Assembly (NCBI GenBank): GCA_964016885.1
Contig: OZ024740.1
Coordinates: forward strand, 304,978,001-305,042,000
From: Eledone cirrhosa
Taxonomy: Eukaryota
Direction: 5' to 3'
Length of the DNA stretch: 64,000 nt
Shown: positions 24,820 to 38,127 of the stretch, in pieces
Layout: the number at the start of each line of letters is the position of its first letter
Numbering within the stretch: the stretch's first letter is position 1
The notes under the pieces: model-generated
What the model was told of the DNA's origin: nothing
The model's input: the letters and a program-made list of their open reading frames with translations, nothing else
Databases searched by the model: none
Program-made: the position numbers and the translations under genes

Positions 24820-27800
24820 TTCGGACCCCGCAGAGGCAACCTCATATCATCTGGCCTCTGCTAAAGCTGGGCGCGAAAATCGGATTACCTTCCGAACACG
24901 CCCAGGCCTACCACCCCATGTACATCCAAAGCTACGTGCTGCAGCTTCCTTGAATCGGAACTCAGCACAAGATGAAAGTTTTAGTCTGCGTGATGAAGGG
25001 CAGATCTGGAGGTTTGTCAAGGCTGGTGAAACGTGGAAGAGAGATACCAGCTGGTCTGAGTGTGATCTGCCCACAATGACTGGCAATGTAAAAACTGCTA
25101 CAACTCTGGGAAACTAAACCAGAACAACCTGCCACCCTCTACACACCATCATAAACTGCGAGCAGGGTACAAATTGTTGTCCTTAAATGCTCGCAGTTTA
25201 TGCAACAAGATACATCTGTTCGAATCCTACATCAGAAGCATCGACCCTGACTTCATCACAGTCACGGAAACATGGGCACATTCCTTACTCTGTGATGGGG
25301 TTTCAGTATTACTGGGTACAACCTTTTCCGCAAGGACCTCATTAACCGCCGTGGTGGTGGTGTGATGGTCTACGTTCGTTCAAACTTTTCGGTAATTCCT
25401 TGCGTTGATTTGAACGAATCACAGGAAGAACTTTTTTTCTGTGACATATGTATGACCATGTCAACACTTCTGCTTGGTGTTGTTTATCGCTCCCCAAACT
25501 ACCATCAGGACACACAGCTTTGCGATATCCTCAGAGTTGCTGCCAAGAAAACAGCCACTTATGTGTTTATTGCAGGTGACTTCAATCATCCTGAGATCGA
25601 TTGGGAAACCTTTCGTTGGCCACAAGGTGCAAACGATTTCCTTGAACTAGTGCTGGACTCAAACTGGTCACAAGTAGTCACCTCTCCAACAAGAGGTGAC
25701 AACACTTTGGACCTGATCTTCACCAATACTCCTGAAGTGGTTATCAGTTGTACTACTGAGGAACCTCTAGGCGACTCTGATCATGCTATGATCATTGCCA
25801 ATCTGGCACTTGAGGGCAGCAACAAAAACCAGAGCCATCTCCAATCTGCTTGCTTTGATTGGAAGAGGGCGGATTGGAACTTGTACTGCACTGAGCTACA
25901 GCGCCCAAACTGGCATGAGATGTATAACTCTGGAGATGTGAACACTATACTCCAGAGCATCCTGGACTCAATATGGATAGCGTGTGCAGCATCGGTGCCA
26001 CGGAAGCGGAAAAATAACCACCCCAAAAATGCAATTTGGGAAACTTCAGCGGTCCGACTTGCCAGGAAAGAACGTCGGCACGCTGAACGGGAATATAAAC
26101 TGCATAGATCAGATGCCAACAGAAAAAAGCGGAATAAATCTTCTAACCATCTCAAGCAAGTGACAAAGAAGGCAGTGCTTGAATTTGAACAGTGCATCGC
26201 AACCAATCCCGACAGTAAGGTGTTCTGGAAATATGTTCATTCAAAGCAGAGACCTCACTCTCCAGTTGGTCCTCTTCGCAATCCCCACACAAGCCAGATC
26301 ACTGACGATCCCAAGGAATGCGCAGAACTCATTGCTGAGTGCTATGCAAGTATTTTTACTGTTGAAAACCAGAATGTACCATCTCCACCATCTCTAACAT
26401 CAAATTCCATAACAACTATGGAATTTACACCTGCAATGTTGCGACGTCACCTTAAGAATAAGCGCAACTATGCCTCCCCCGGTCTTGATGGTGTGACATA
26501 CCTGCTTCTCAAACGTGGCGGCTATTTCCTTTTGCGCCAGCTTTCTTTCTTCTTTTAATACTGTCTCAACAATGGTGCTACTCCGGAGCAGTGGAAAACT
26601 GCCAGTGTGATTCCCCTGTTCAAAAAGGGCAACCGCATGTCACCTGTCGACTATCGTCCAGTCAGTCTTACAAGCTGTGTGGCCAAACTGATGGAATCCT
26701 GTGTCAGAGAAACACTTTGGAACTTCTGGAGCTCTCACAGCCTCATCTGGCCCTCACAGTTTGGATTTATCCCTAACTCCAGCTGCTGTGATCAGCTTAT
26801 CGAGTTCCTTGAGGACATCACCCAGATCACTGACAGCGGCTCATGGGTGGATGTTGTTTACCTTGACTTTGCTAAGGCTTTTAATTCTGTGCCACACAAA
26901 AGACTTATGGCAAAACTCTCTGCAATGGGTGTGAGGGATGATCTTTTCGACTGGTTGAAATCCTTCATTCTCAGCCGAAAAGAAGTAGTCACGGTTCTAG
27001 GACAGCATTCTTCACCATATGAGATGTCATCTGGTGTACCACAGGGATCTGTTCTTGGTCCTCTTTTGTTTGTGGCATATATTAATGACATAGATGCCAA
27101 CTTACAGAATGCCACGGTACTGAAATATGCAGATGACATCAAGCTGTACCTTGAAATCAAAAGGACTGATCCTGAAATTTACAACTCTTTTCTACAATCA
27201 GACCTGGACACAATGCAGCAATGGATCACAGACTGGCAACTGAAGCTGGCTGTGGACAAGTGTACCACCATGCATTTTGGAAGGAAAACTCCAGCGTCCA
27301 CATACTCCCTCCACAACACTGATATCAAAAAGTCCTCTTGTGAACGTGACCTGGGCATTACTGTCAGCAACGATTTGTGTTGGACAAAGCATGTCTCTAA
27401 GATTGTCAAGAAGGCCGAGGGTGTCTTGGCATCACTCAGCAAAACCTTTGTTAGCCGCTCTCCAGCCATCTATTTAAAACTGTATACAGCTATGGTACGA
27501 CCACACTTGGAATTCGCATCATCAGTCTGGAACCCCTATCTTGCTCAGAACATTGACCTCCTGGAAACTGTTCAGAGACGTGCAACCAAGCGCATACCCT
27601 CCATCAGACACCTACCATACTCTGAACCCCTTGCTTCCCTGGGCATGGATTCATTGAAGCTCCGACGTCTAGCAATGGACTTGGTGAATACCCACAAAGT
27701 TTTTAACCATCTCGCCAATTGCAACCCTGAGCGCCTCTTTGATCTCCATGTGTCTAACACACGTGGACATGCCTACAAGATCAGAAAACAGCACAGCTCC

Positions 27801-28228
27801 CATGACTTTCGTAGACATTTTTTCACGCTCAGAGTTGCTGAAGCATGGAACAAACTGCCTGCGTCAGTTGTTAGCTGCCGAGACACTGCATCCTTTAAGA
27901 CACTCATGCTTCCCGAAATACGCCAAAACTACACCTGATGTACCCCTTCCATACACATGCACACATGTGTGTATCATGACTCGTGCACTGTTCATTTTAC
28001 TGATGTTTGTGCATTGCCCTATGTACTGTACATGTGACTTTTTTGATGAGTTGTGGTGCACCTGGGCACTGTACACAATATTTCATTATTGTTATTATTA
28101 TTATATCATGACTCATACACTGTTCATTTTCCTGACATTTGTACATTATTCTATGTACTATACATGCACCTTTAATGAGTTGTAGTGCACCTGAGCACTG
28201 TACACAATAATTTCATTATTATTATTAT
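24820..28228 (+). mobile_element. CR1/L2-group LINE, 5'-truncated in ORF1, ORF2 disabled
   Basis: APE endonuclease (SLNARSL, TETW, GDFN, LDLIF, SDH) and RT (YRPVSLTS, YLDFAKAF, GVPQGSVLGP, YADD). Frameshift near 25300 and in-frame TAA at 26556. Duplicated 3'UTR and (ATT)n tail. Confidence 0.95.
25108..27938 (+). pseudogene. ORF2 (APE endonuclease + reverse transcriptase), one frameshift and one nonsense codon
   Basis: ORF track 25174..25365, 25362..26558 and 26607..27938; the last two share a frame. Confidence 0.92.
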
Positions 28229-28293
28229 ATATATAAATATATATATATAGAATGTAATTACACACACACACACACACATAATAATATATATAT

Positions 28294-28393
<100 letters not shown>

Positions 28394-28667
28394 TTAATTA
28401 CATATGTACAAGAAAATAAATTTAATATATGACTGAAACTACCAAAATGGAATATTTCATTTATTTATAACAATATTTTTTGTAAAAGTAATCTCTCTCT
28501 CACTCACACTCCCTCACTTTCTCAATCATTCTCCCTATCTCTCGCTTTTACTTTTTCTCTCATTCTATCATATACACACACTCTTACCATCTCCTTTCCC
28601 AAGTAACATACTTTTTACTTGACATATGCAAGCGATTTAAAATTGATGCAGATATCTTTTTTTTTAA

Positions 28668-28888
28668 CTCTTTACCATTTACATTACTCTATATATACTA
28701 TTGTATTTCCACAGAAAAGGCTTTATTTCACATAATCATCTCACACAATATCAAATCTATGAGGTTTTGATATTATTTATTTTAAGAACAATACCTTAAT
28801 GTCAGTATGAGTGACCAGTTATGGCCGGTTTGAACAGAAAGAGGTGAGAGAATTCTGGCCAGATACAGCCGGTTTAAATGCTAAAGGG
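28668..28888. mobile_element. piggyBac-like MITE, family 2
   Basis: Reverse complement of 6337-6557, with TTAA on both sides. Confidence 0.85.
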
Positions 28889-29184
28889 TTAATAGGAAGA
28901 TCTGGAAAGAAATGGTAGTTAGATAAGATCTGAAGATGTTTAGTTTCATAGAAAATATGAGATAGGATCTGGAGATGTGGACATATTCTGTATTGCTAAA
29001 ACATCGATGATATACCTAAAAAAAAGAAACAATCATTTGACTTTTTACAATAATGAACTATATTTTCTGGTACGTAGAATAATATTTTATAAACATGACA
29101 AGTAGCAAACCTTACATTATTCAATGACATTTGTAGCATAGTTAACTAGATAGGGTACACAGTACACAAATAACAAGAGTATAT

Positions 29185-30768
29185 ATATACAGTGAAAAAG
29201 TGTGTATATAACATGAAGTATACACATGTGGAGAGAGATGTATACATACAGTGATAAAGGTGTAGATATAACATGGAGCATACACATGTGGAGAGAGATG
29301 TATATATACAGTAAGGAAGGTGTAGATATAACATGGAGCATACACATGTGGGGAGAGATGTATATATACAGTAAGGAAGGTGTAGGTATAACATGGAGCA
29401 TACACATGTGGGGAGAGATGTATATATACAGTAAGGAAGGTGTAGATATAACATGGAGCATACACATGTGGGGAGAGATGTATATATACAGTAAGGAAGG
29501 TGTAGATATAACATGGAGCATACACATGTGGGGAGAGATGTATATATACAGTGAGGAAGGTGTAGATATAACATGGAGCATACACGTGGAGAGAGATGTA
29601 TATATACAGTGAGGAAGGTGTAGATATAACATGGAGCATACACATGTGGGGAGAGATGTATATATACAGTGAGGAAGGTGTAGATATAACATGGAGCATA
29701 CACATGTGGGGAGAGATGTATATATACAGTGAGGAAGGTGTAGATATAACATGGAGCATACACATGTGGAGAGAGATGTATATATACAGTGAGGAAGGTG
29801 TAGATATAACATGGAGCATACACATGTGGAGAGAGATGTATATATACAGTGAGGAAGGTGTAGATATAACATGGAGCATACACATGTGGGGAGAGATGTA
29901 TATATACAGTGAGGAAGGTGTAGATATAACATGGAGCATACACATGTGGGGAGAGATGTATATATACAGTGAGGAAGGTGTAGATATAACATGGAGCATA
30001 CACATGTGGAGAGAGATGTATATATACAGTGAGGAAGGTGTAGATATAACATGGAGCATACACATGTGGAGAGAGATGTATATATACAGTGAGGAAGGTG
30101 TAGATATAACATGGAGCATACACATGTGGAGAGAGATGTATATATACAGTGAGGAAGGTGTAGATATAACATGGAGCATACACATGTGGAGAGAGATGTA
30201 TATATACAGTGAGGAAGGTGTAGATATAACATGGAGCATACACATGTGGAGAGAGATGTATATATACAGTGAGGAAGGTGTAGATATAACATGGAGCATA
30301 CACATGTGGGGAGATATGTATATATACAGTAAGGAAGGTGTAGATATAACATGGAGCATACACATGTGGAGAGAGATGTATATATACAGTGAGGAAGGTG
30401 TAGATATAACATGGAGCATACACATGTGGGGAGATATGTATATATACAGTGAGGAAGGTGTAGATATAACATGGAGCATACACATGTGGAGAGAGATGTA
30501 TATATACAGTGAGGAAGGTGTAGATATAACATGGAGCATACACATGTGGAGAGAGATGTATATATACAGTGAGGAAGGTGTAGATATAACATGGAGCATA
30601 CACATGTGGAGAGAGATGTATATATACAGTGAGGAAGGTGTAGATATAACATGGAGCATACACATGTGGAGAGAGATGTATATATACAGTGAGGAAGGTG
30701 TAGATATAACATGGAGCATACACATGTGGAGAGAGATGTATATATACAGTGAGGAAGGTGTAGATATA
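29185..30768. repeat. 60-bp minisatellite, ~26 near-identical copies
   Basis: Unit gtgaggaaggtgtagatataacatggagcatacacatgtggagagagatgtatatataca. One unit has a 2-bp deletion near 29585. Confidence 0.98.
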
Positions 30769-31059
30769 TGAGCAAAGGTTCAATATATATGTGGGGTAGG
30801 GTATATATATATTGAAGAAAACGTATACACATGAAGGAGAAGTAGAGACAGGGAAAGGGAGTATACTCCAAGAATGTGGAAAGTATACACATGAAAGGAG
30901 ACAAGCACATGGAGAATTTGTGGAATGTTTCAATAAAAGTATCCATAAAATGCTGGACTTAAAAAAAATATCCGTTGCTCTGAGGTAGAAATAATAGAAA
31001 AAAAAAAAAAAGTCTCAATAATTAATTAACTATAAAGCAACTAGGAAAGAAATGACGTA

Positions 31060-31530
31060 GCCATGTTTCATTGGATGTGTGAAGTGCAATGCTGCATGGT
31101 AGTGAAACATGGGCAGTGACTGCAGAAGACATGCTTAGACTAGAGAGAAATGAAGCAACCATGCTTCATTGGATATGCAATGAAAGTGTGAGAGAAAGGC
31201 AGAGCTTGGGTGAGTTGAAGGAGAAACTGGGTTTAAGAGGAATCAGAAGTGGTGTGCAAAAGAGAAGAGTGCATTGGTATGGACATGTGATGCACATGGA
31301 CAATGATTGTTGGGTGAAGAAGTACCAGGAAATGCTAGTGGATGGAAGCCGCAATAGAGGTAGACCTGGACAGAAGTGGTGAGAGTTGAGCTCAAATCAC
31401 TGAGACTCACAGAGGATATGACGAAGAAATGTGGCAAGTGGAGAGACACTGTACTGAAAAGGCCTGTCTAACCCATGCAAGTGCTGAAAAATGGACATAA
31501 AAATTATGAAGATGACGATGATGATGATAA
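31060..31530 (+). mobile_element. RTE LINE 3' fragment, older subfamily
   Basis: MLHGSETWAVTAED...WYGHVM...RGRPG followed by a (GAT)n tail. Confidence 0.9.
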
Positions 31531-31846
31531 TGTGGAAGGAAGGAAAGGAAATATGTCAAGTTATTATTTTATTTTTTAGAATGGCAGTGATAATGTTACA
31601 CCTATTTTCTCATACTTTCATAAACAAGGTGTTGCTAAAGGCAATAAATCATTTCAATTGAATTACAGTTCCTGTATGAGCAAGGCATGGTCAGCCGACC
31701 AGACACTGCCCACAACAGGACAACCCGTCTAACTCATGCTAACGTGGAAGAACGGACGTAAAACGGTGATGATGATGAACATATTTTTGCTATTGATAAA
31801 TACTGGCTTTCATCACCATCATTATTATCATTATTTAATGTCCATT

Positions 31847-32030
31847 TGGATTGGCAGTATCGGTAGAGAGTTGGACACCATGCTTTGAAGCATAGAGTTA
31901 CGTCACTTTATGATCTGAGTTCAAATCCCACCGAGGTTAACTTTGCCTTTCATCCTTACGGGGTCGATAAAATAAAGTACCAGTAATGTATTGGGTAATT
32001 GCTGGCCTTGTGCCAAAAGTAGAAAGAATT
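31847..32030 (+). mobile_element. tRNA-derived SINE nested in an RTE 3' tail
   Basis: Family sequence with target-site duplication aatgtccattt (31837) and aacgtccattt (32031). Confidence 0.9.
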
Positions 32031-32171
32031 AACGTCCATTTTTTCATAGTAGCATGAGTTAGATGAGTTGTCCCATTTGAGGCAAGTCAGGTTAGGTAAC
32101 CATGTCTTGCTCCTACAGAACTGTTTCTGGCTTGGTTTCTATGACTGGATGCCCTTCCTAATGCTAACCAC

Positions 32172-32615
32172 ATTACAGTGTGGACTGGATGCTTTTTGTT
32201 GTGACACCTACACAACTACTTTGCCGTGTGGGCAGGGAGCTTTTTGCCATGACACCTACATGACCACTTTACAATGTGTACTGGGTGCTTTTTGTCATGA
32301 CATCTGCATGACCACTTTATAGTGAGTACTGTGTGCTTTTTGTTGTGACACCTACACAACCACTTTACAGTGTGTGGTGTGTGCTTTTTGTCATGACACC
32401 TACACAACCACTTTACAGTGTGTGGTGTGTGCTTTTTGAGGTGACACCTACACAACCATTTTACAGTGTGTGATGTGTTCTTTTTGTTGTGACACCTACA
32501 CAACCACTTTACAGTGTGGGCTGGGTGCTTTTTGTCATGACACCTACACAATCACTTTACTGTGTGGGCTGGGTGCTTTTTGTCATGACACCTACACAAC
32601 CACTTTACAGTGTGG
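32172..32615 (-). repeat. 48-bp tandem array (~9 units) within an RTE 3'UTR
   Basis: Unit acagtgtgtggtgtgtgctttttgtcatgacacctacacaaccacttt, continuous with the RTE tail at 31810-32170. Confidence 0.9.
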
Positions 32616-33062
32616 AGGGTGGACTGAGGCAGGGATGTGAATGCATGGTTTCACAAACAAAATACGAAAAATGCTTAACTTACATACTCAGAATCCATTC
32701 AATTGGTGAGATCCTTAAAGCTTTTAAAAGTTCATCTTTTGAGTTAAAGGTCTTCATTGCTACTTGAATTTCACCAGTAAATGCCTTTGTCATTCAATTA
32801 GTGGCTAAATTGTAATCTGTTTGAGAATAAAATAATTGTTCGTTATTGTTGTAGTTGATATGGAGTAACCACAATTATTCAACAATTTATGAATTGATTT
32901 AGAAACAATGGTTGTACTTATATGACTAGAGGGATTGAATGGAATGTTCAAGGCTGCTATAGAAACTAGAATGGCAAATAGACAAAAGAGTGACAAAGAA
33001 AGATTCAAAATGTTGTGGAGAAAATAAGGATAATTATTAACAATGATGAAAATTTATCAATA

Positions 33063-33271
33063 TAATAGTTTATGATTTAGGCACAAGGCCAGCAATTTTG
33101 GGGGAGGGGAAAGTCAATTAAATCAACCCCAGTGTGACTGATACTTTATTTTATCAACCCTGTAAGACAAAGCTAACCTCAGCGGGATTTGAACTCAGAA
33201 CATAAACAGCAGTAACTCTATGCTGTGAAGCAGGGTATCTGACACTCTACCGATGCTGTCAATCTACCACC
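33063..33271 (-). mobile_element. tRNA-derived SINE, older variant with an extra ~27-bp segment
   Basis: Same head and core as 8306-8492, plus ttgggggaggggaaagtcaattaaatcaacc. Confidence 0.8.
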
Positions 33272-33512
33272 CTACCAATATAATAATAGTAAGCATATAA
33301 GAGAATTGCCAATAGACAACCTGCAGCACTTGGAATGCTTATGGCCCTTTATATATTTTTGCATTGCATACAATCGGGTCTCAAATAACCCCCCCCCCCC
33401 TCCTCCCTCCCTGCTTATTAATTTTTCAGATTTTTTTCTAACACCTTCCTCTTATTCCAACCCTCCACTGATTAAATTTTGCTGATCTTTCTCCAATGAA
33501 ATTTTATTTTAA

Positions 33513-33776
33513 CCTGTTGACTGCTGCATATATTTTACACAGCTACAGTTGCTGCGCCGGTTTTTTTTTCCAGTAAAATGACTATTTTTTTTAACAAACA
33601 TTTATTAACACATATCTGAATGATTTACAAACATCACATCAATAAACTACTAACCCCATCTAGCTTTGAAGTTATGAACTGTTGGAAAAGAGTTCAAACA
33701 TGTTAGGACAAGTTATCTCGTCCGTGGCACTGGAATGTATACATGTTAGGCTGAGTTGTCTTGTCTACTGAAGAGG
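33513..33776. mobile_element. TTAA-specific insertion nested in the MITE at 33369-33930
   Basis: TTAA|CCTGTTGA...TGAAGAGG|TTAA. The empty site attttattttaag-tagtagcattcc is present in the copy near 4165. Confidence 0.75.
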
Positions 33777-34886
33777 TTAAGAGGTAACATTCCTGTGACA
33801 ATTTTCTTTAAACATTAAAAAAACATTATACATTACAAAAAGAGAACATTACTAGAAATCTCATATATATGATGGGTCAGGGTCTCAATATGTAAACTAA
33901 ACAACTAATTCTGGTTTTTAAAAAAAAATCAAAAAAAAATCAAGATACTGGCTAGGTGCTCGTAACAGCTAATGACGTATTTTTGTCTTTAAGTGTCTTC
34001 CCCTTATTTTATAAATTACTTTATTGAATCTCAGCGCATGAATACACCACTCTTTATATTAATTTTATCGCCTCAGTGCTTCATAAAAAGTTCAAGGAGG
34101 AGGAGGAGTCCTGTCAGAAGCAAATATTTTCAACTGATTGAGCTGATTCCCCAAGTGAGTCCAGCCAAGCTCTGGATACTATCCAACCATGGGTCTCTTG
34201 GTTTTGCCCATAAAATCTGCCCAGTGAATTTTTTCCTGAGACATTGTAACCACAAGCCCATAGTATTGGAGCTGTGATCTCTCAATTAAAAAAAATAGCA
34301 GCTCTACCTAGAGCGACTGTCTGATCTCTGAGCTACACACTCTATAAATAACGTTACTCCAAAGACCCTTCGGAGGAACCCCATTTTGGCCACTTGTATT
34401 GGAGATAATAATCTTTCAGTGAAATTAGTGTCTGATGTGGTTTGATGCCTGGTTAAAGTTATTACACAACACTTCAACAACATTATTGGTGAAGTGTTGC
34501 GTAATAACTTTAACCAGGCATCAAACCACATCAGACAACACTTCACCAATAATGTTGTTGAAGGCATCTCATAACTTCATTTATTTCCACTATATATTCT
34601 TGTGCATAACTATGAACAGATCAATAATTTAGTTTTCAACGTCTTATCATTTCTTTATCACATTGTTCTTTAGTGTTGTTAACTGTTATCTTTCATAAAG
34701 AACAGAAAGTCACATTTTATTTAAGAAAAGTGTGGCATTTATATATACACAGACACACACATATACACATATATATATATATATACACACACATATATAT
34801 ATACACATATACATATATACACACACACACATATATATATATATACACACACATATATATATATATATATACACACACATATATAT

Positions 34887-35134
34887 CAGGGGCGAAGGGA
34901 GCTTGCATGCGTTATAGAATCTTGAGTTGATCAATTGCGTTGGTTGAAGCAAGCAGAATTTTGGCTGCTTGCTAAATCGTAGACACATAAAAAGATAACA
35001 CTACATGCGGCATTGACTGGATAGTCATTTAGAGGGAATGAGGGGGGGGGGGGGGGGATAAGGCTGCACAGCCCCACTTTCCGCGATGGCGATTGGACTG
35101 CATGCCCTGCTTTCCAGGTTACACTTCGCCACTG
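34887..35134. mobile_element. hAT-like MITE inserted in (TA)n
   Basis: TIR caggggcgaag/cttcgccactg. The ATATATAT flanks are compatible with an 8-bp TSD but not diagnostic. Confidence 0.65.
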
Positions 35135-35231
<97 letters not shown>

Positions 35232-35232
<1 letters not shown>

Positions 35233-37030
35233 CATCATCATCATCACTGTTTTATGTCCGTTCTTCCACGCTAGCATGGGTTAGACAGGCTGTCCTGTTG
35301 TGGGCAGTGTCCAGTTGGCTTACCTTGTCTTGCTCATACAGGAACTGATTTTGGCTTGATATCTACAGCTGGATGCCCTTCCTAACACCAACCTCATTTA
35401 CAGTGAGTGCTGGGTGCTTTTTTCCGTGGCGCCTACACGTCCACTTTACAGTGTGGGCTGGGTGCTTTTTTGCCGTGGCACCTCCACGACCACTTTGCAG
35501 TGGGAGGGTGTGGGGGCATATTGTCTATATGCTTCAGCTTCGGCTTGTACCTGTGGGGGGTCGGGTCTTCTGTATTACTGCGTGACGCCAGAGGTTACGG
35601 TTGTGTGTCATCGCCTTTGAGAGGTGTAATTGGGTAAGGTCGGCTTTTATCACCTCATCCCAGGTCTTCTTGGGTCTCCCCACTCCGCGGTTTCTATCGA
35701 CTTCTAGTGCTCTGCACCTTTTTAATGCAGCTGTCATCCTTCATATGCATCACATGTCCATACCAACGCAACCGCCTCTCCTGCACACAGCATTTGATTC
35801 CTCTTATGCTCAGTCTCTCTCTCAATTCATTTATGCTTTGTCGGTCGCGTATATTACTATTACACATCCATCGGAACATGCAGGCTTCGTTTCTTTCTAA
35901 TCTATGCAAGTTTTCCACAGACAGCGCCCAGGTCTCACTACCATGTAACATTGCTGTTCGTATACACGCATCATACAGTCTGCCTTTCATTTTGAGGGGA
36001 AAACCTTTTGCAGCTAGCAGTGGCAGTAGCTCCCTGAACTTCTTCCATCCCGTTCTTATCCTAGTTATTGTACTTTCCGAACACCCACCTCCATGCCAAT
36101 TCGGTCACCTAGGTAGCAGAAGCTGTCTACTGTTTCTACAGAGCCCTCCCAGAGTTTGGTGGTACTTGTTTCCTGTGGCTGTTTGCTGCTTGCTGTCCCA
36201 GCACAGCTGCTACATGTGAAGCCTATATTCTGAGTGAAGCTTCCTGAGATCCGGCTACATCTCTTGTGTACCCATTGTTTGCATTTGGGGCAGAGAATGG
36301 AGTTCCTACCTACACCTTTCCTACATACTGAGCAAGGCCATTTCCCTGAGGGGATCTGGGTTCTGTTTTCTCGTCTACTTACAAGGACCTTAGTCTTTGT
36401 CAGGTTGACTTTGAGACCCTTTCTTTCTAGTCGTTGCTTCCAAGTTTGGAATTTCTTCTCTAGTTCTACCATAGATTCAGCTATAAGTGTGAGGTCATCT
36501 GCATACATGAGTTCCCATGGGCATCCGGTCTTAAACTCCTCCGTTATTGCCTGCAGAACTATGATAAACAGGAGAGAGATAAGAACAGTGCCCGGGTGGA
36601 CACCGACCTGTACGCTAAATTCCTCGCTATACTCATTGCTAATCCTAACTTTGCTGACTGCTCCCCTGTACATGGCTTGTACAGCTTTCAGAAGCCATTC
36701 ATCTACTCCTAGTTTTCTAAGAGCCCACCAGATTATAGCACGGGGAACTCTGTCAAAGGCTTTCTCGAGATCGACGAATGCCAGGTAGAGTAGCTTACTT
36801 TTAGCTAGGTTCTTTTCCTGTAACTGCCTCACAAAGAAGAGGGCATCAGTGGTGCCTCTTCCTGGCACAAACCCAAATTGCATCTCATCTAGTTTCACCC
36901 GGTCCCTAATCAGCTGTACTATAACTCTTTCTGTTACTTTCATGACCTGGTCCATCAGCTTTATACCTCTATAGTTTCCTCTATCTAGTGCATCACCTTT
37001 ACCTTTGTAGCAGTTGACAATGATGCTACT
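35232..37030 (-). mobile_element. RTE LINE, 5'-truncated and frameshifted, long-3'UTR type
   Basis: RT (FVDLEKAFDRVPR, YADD), PHD insert and WYGHVM in ORFs 36065..36955 and 35694..35990; (GAT)n tail. Confidence 0.95.
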
Positions 37031-37349
37031 GCACTATATATATACCACCCACCACCCCTCACTCTCAAGTGTGAACCTAATACTAACACTTTGTACTGCA
37101 CTCTTCGTTATTGTTTTTGTTTTCTGTTTTATATACACACACATATATATATATATATATATGTGTGTATATAAAACAGATATACGTATATATACATACA
37201 TCATCATCGTTTAATGTCCATCTTCCACGCTAGCATGGGTTTAGATGGGAATTGTCCCACTTGAACCAAGATTGGTCGTCTCGCTCGTGTAGGGCTGTAT
37301 GGCAGATTTTCTACGGCTGGATGCCCTTTCTAACACCAACAAGAATTAC

Positions 37350-37362
37350 AGCGTATATATAT

Positions 37363-37393
<31 letters not shown>

Positions 37394-37792
37394 CACACAC
37401 ACATATATATATATATACACACACACATATATATATATATACACACACACATATATATATATATACACACACACATATATATATATATACACACACACAT
37501 ATATATATATATATACACACACACATATATATATATATATACACACACACATATATATATACACACACATATATATATATATATACACACACATATATAT
37601 ATGCACACACACACACATATATATATACACACACATATATATATACACACACCCACACATATATATATATATATACACACATATATATATACACACACCC
37701 ACACATATATATATATACACACACACATATATATATATATACACACATATATATATATATATGTGTGTGTGTATATATATATATACTCACAC

Positions 37793-37825
<33 letters not shown>

Positions 37826-37892
37826 TATATATATATATATACACACATATATATATATATATATGTGTGTGTATATATATATATACTCACAC

Positions 37893-37971
<79 letters not shown>

Positions 37972-38070
37972 GTCCCACCCTTGCAAGCAGGGAAAAAGCG
38001 GACGTAAAATAAAATGAAATGAAATGACACATATATATATATATACACACACACATACATACACACACAC

Positions 38071-38109
<39 letters not shown>

Positions 38110-38125
38110 TATATATATATACTCA
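37350..38125. repeat. Compound (TA)n(CA)n microsatellite
   Basis: Seen directly. Contains a ~45-bp RTE terminal fragment at 37972-38010. Confidence 0.95.
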
Positions 38126-38127
38126 TA

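Noticed and set aside
29117-30946. Long ORFs of 391-609 aa
   Set aside because: They are translations of a 60-bp tandem repeat, with no splice or domain support.
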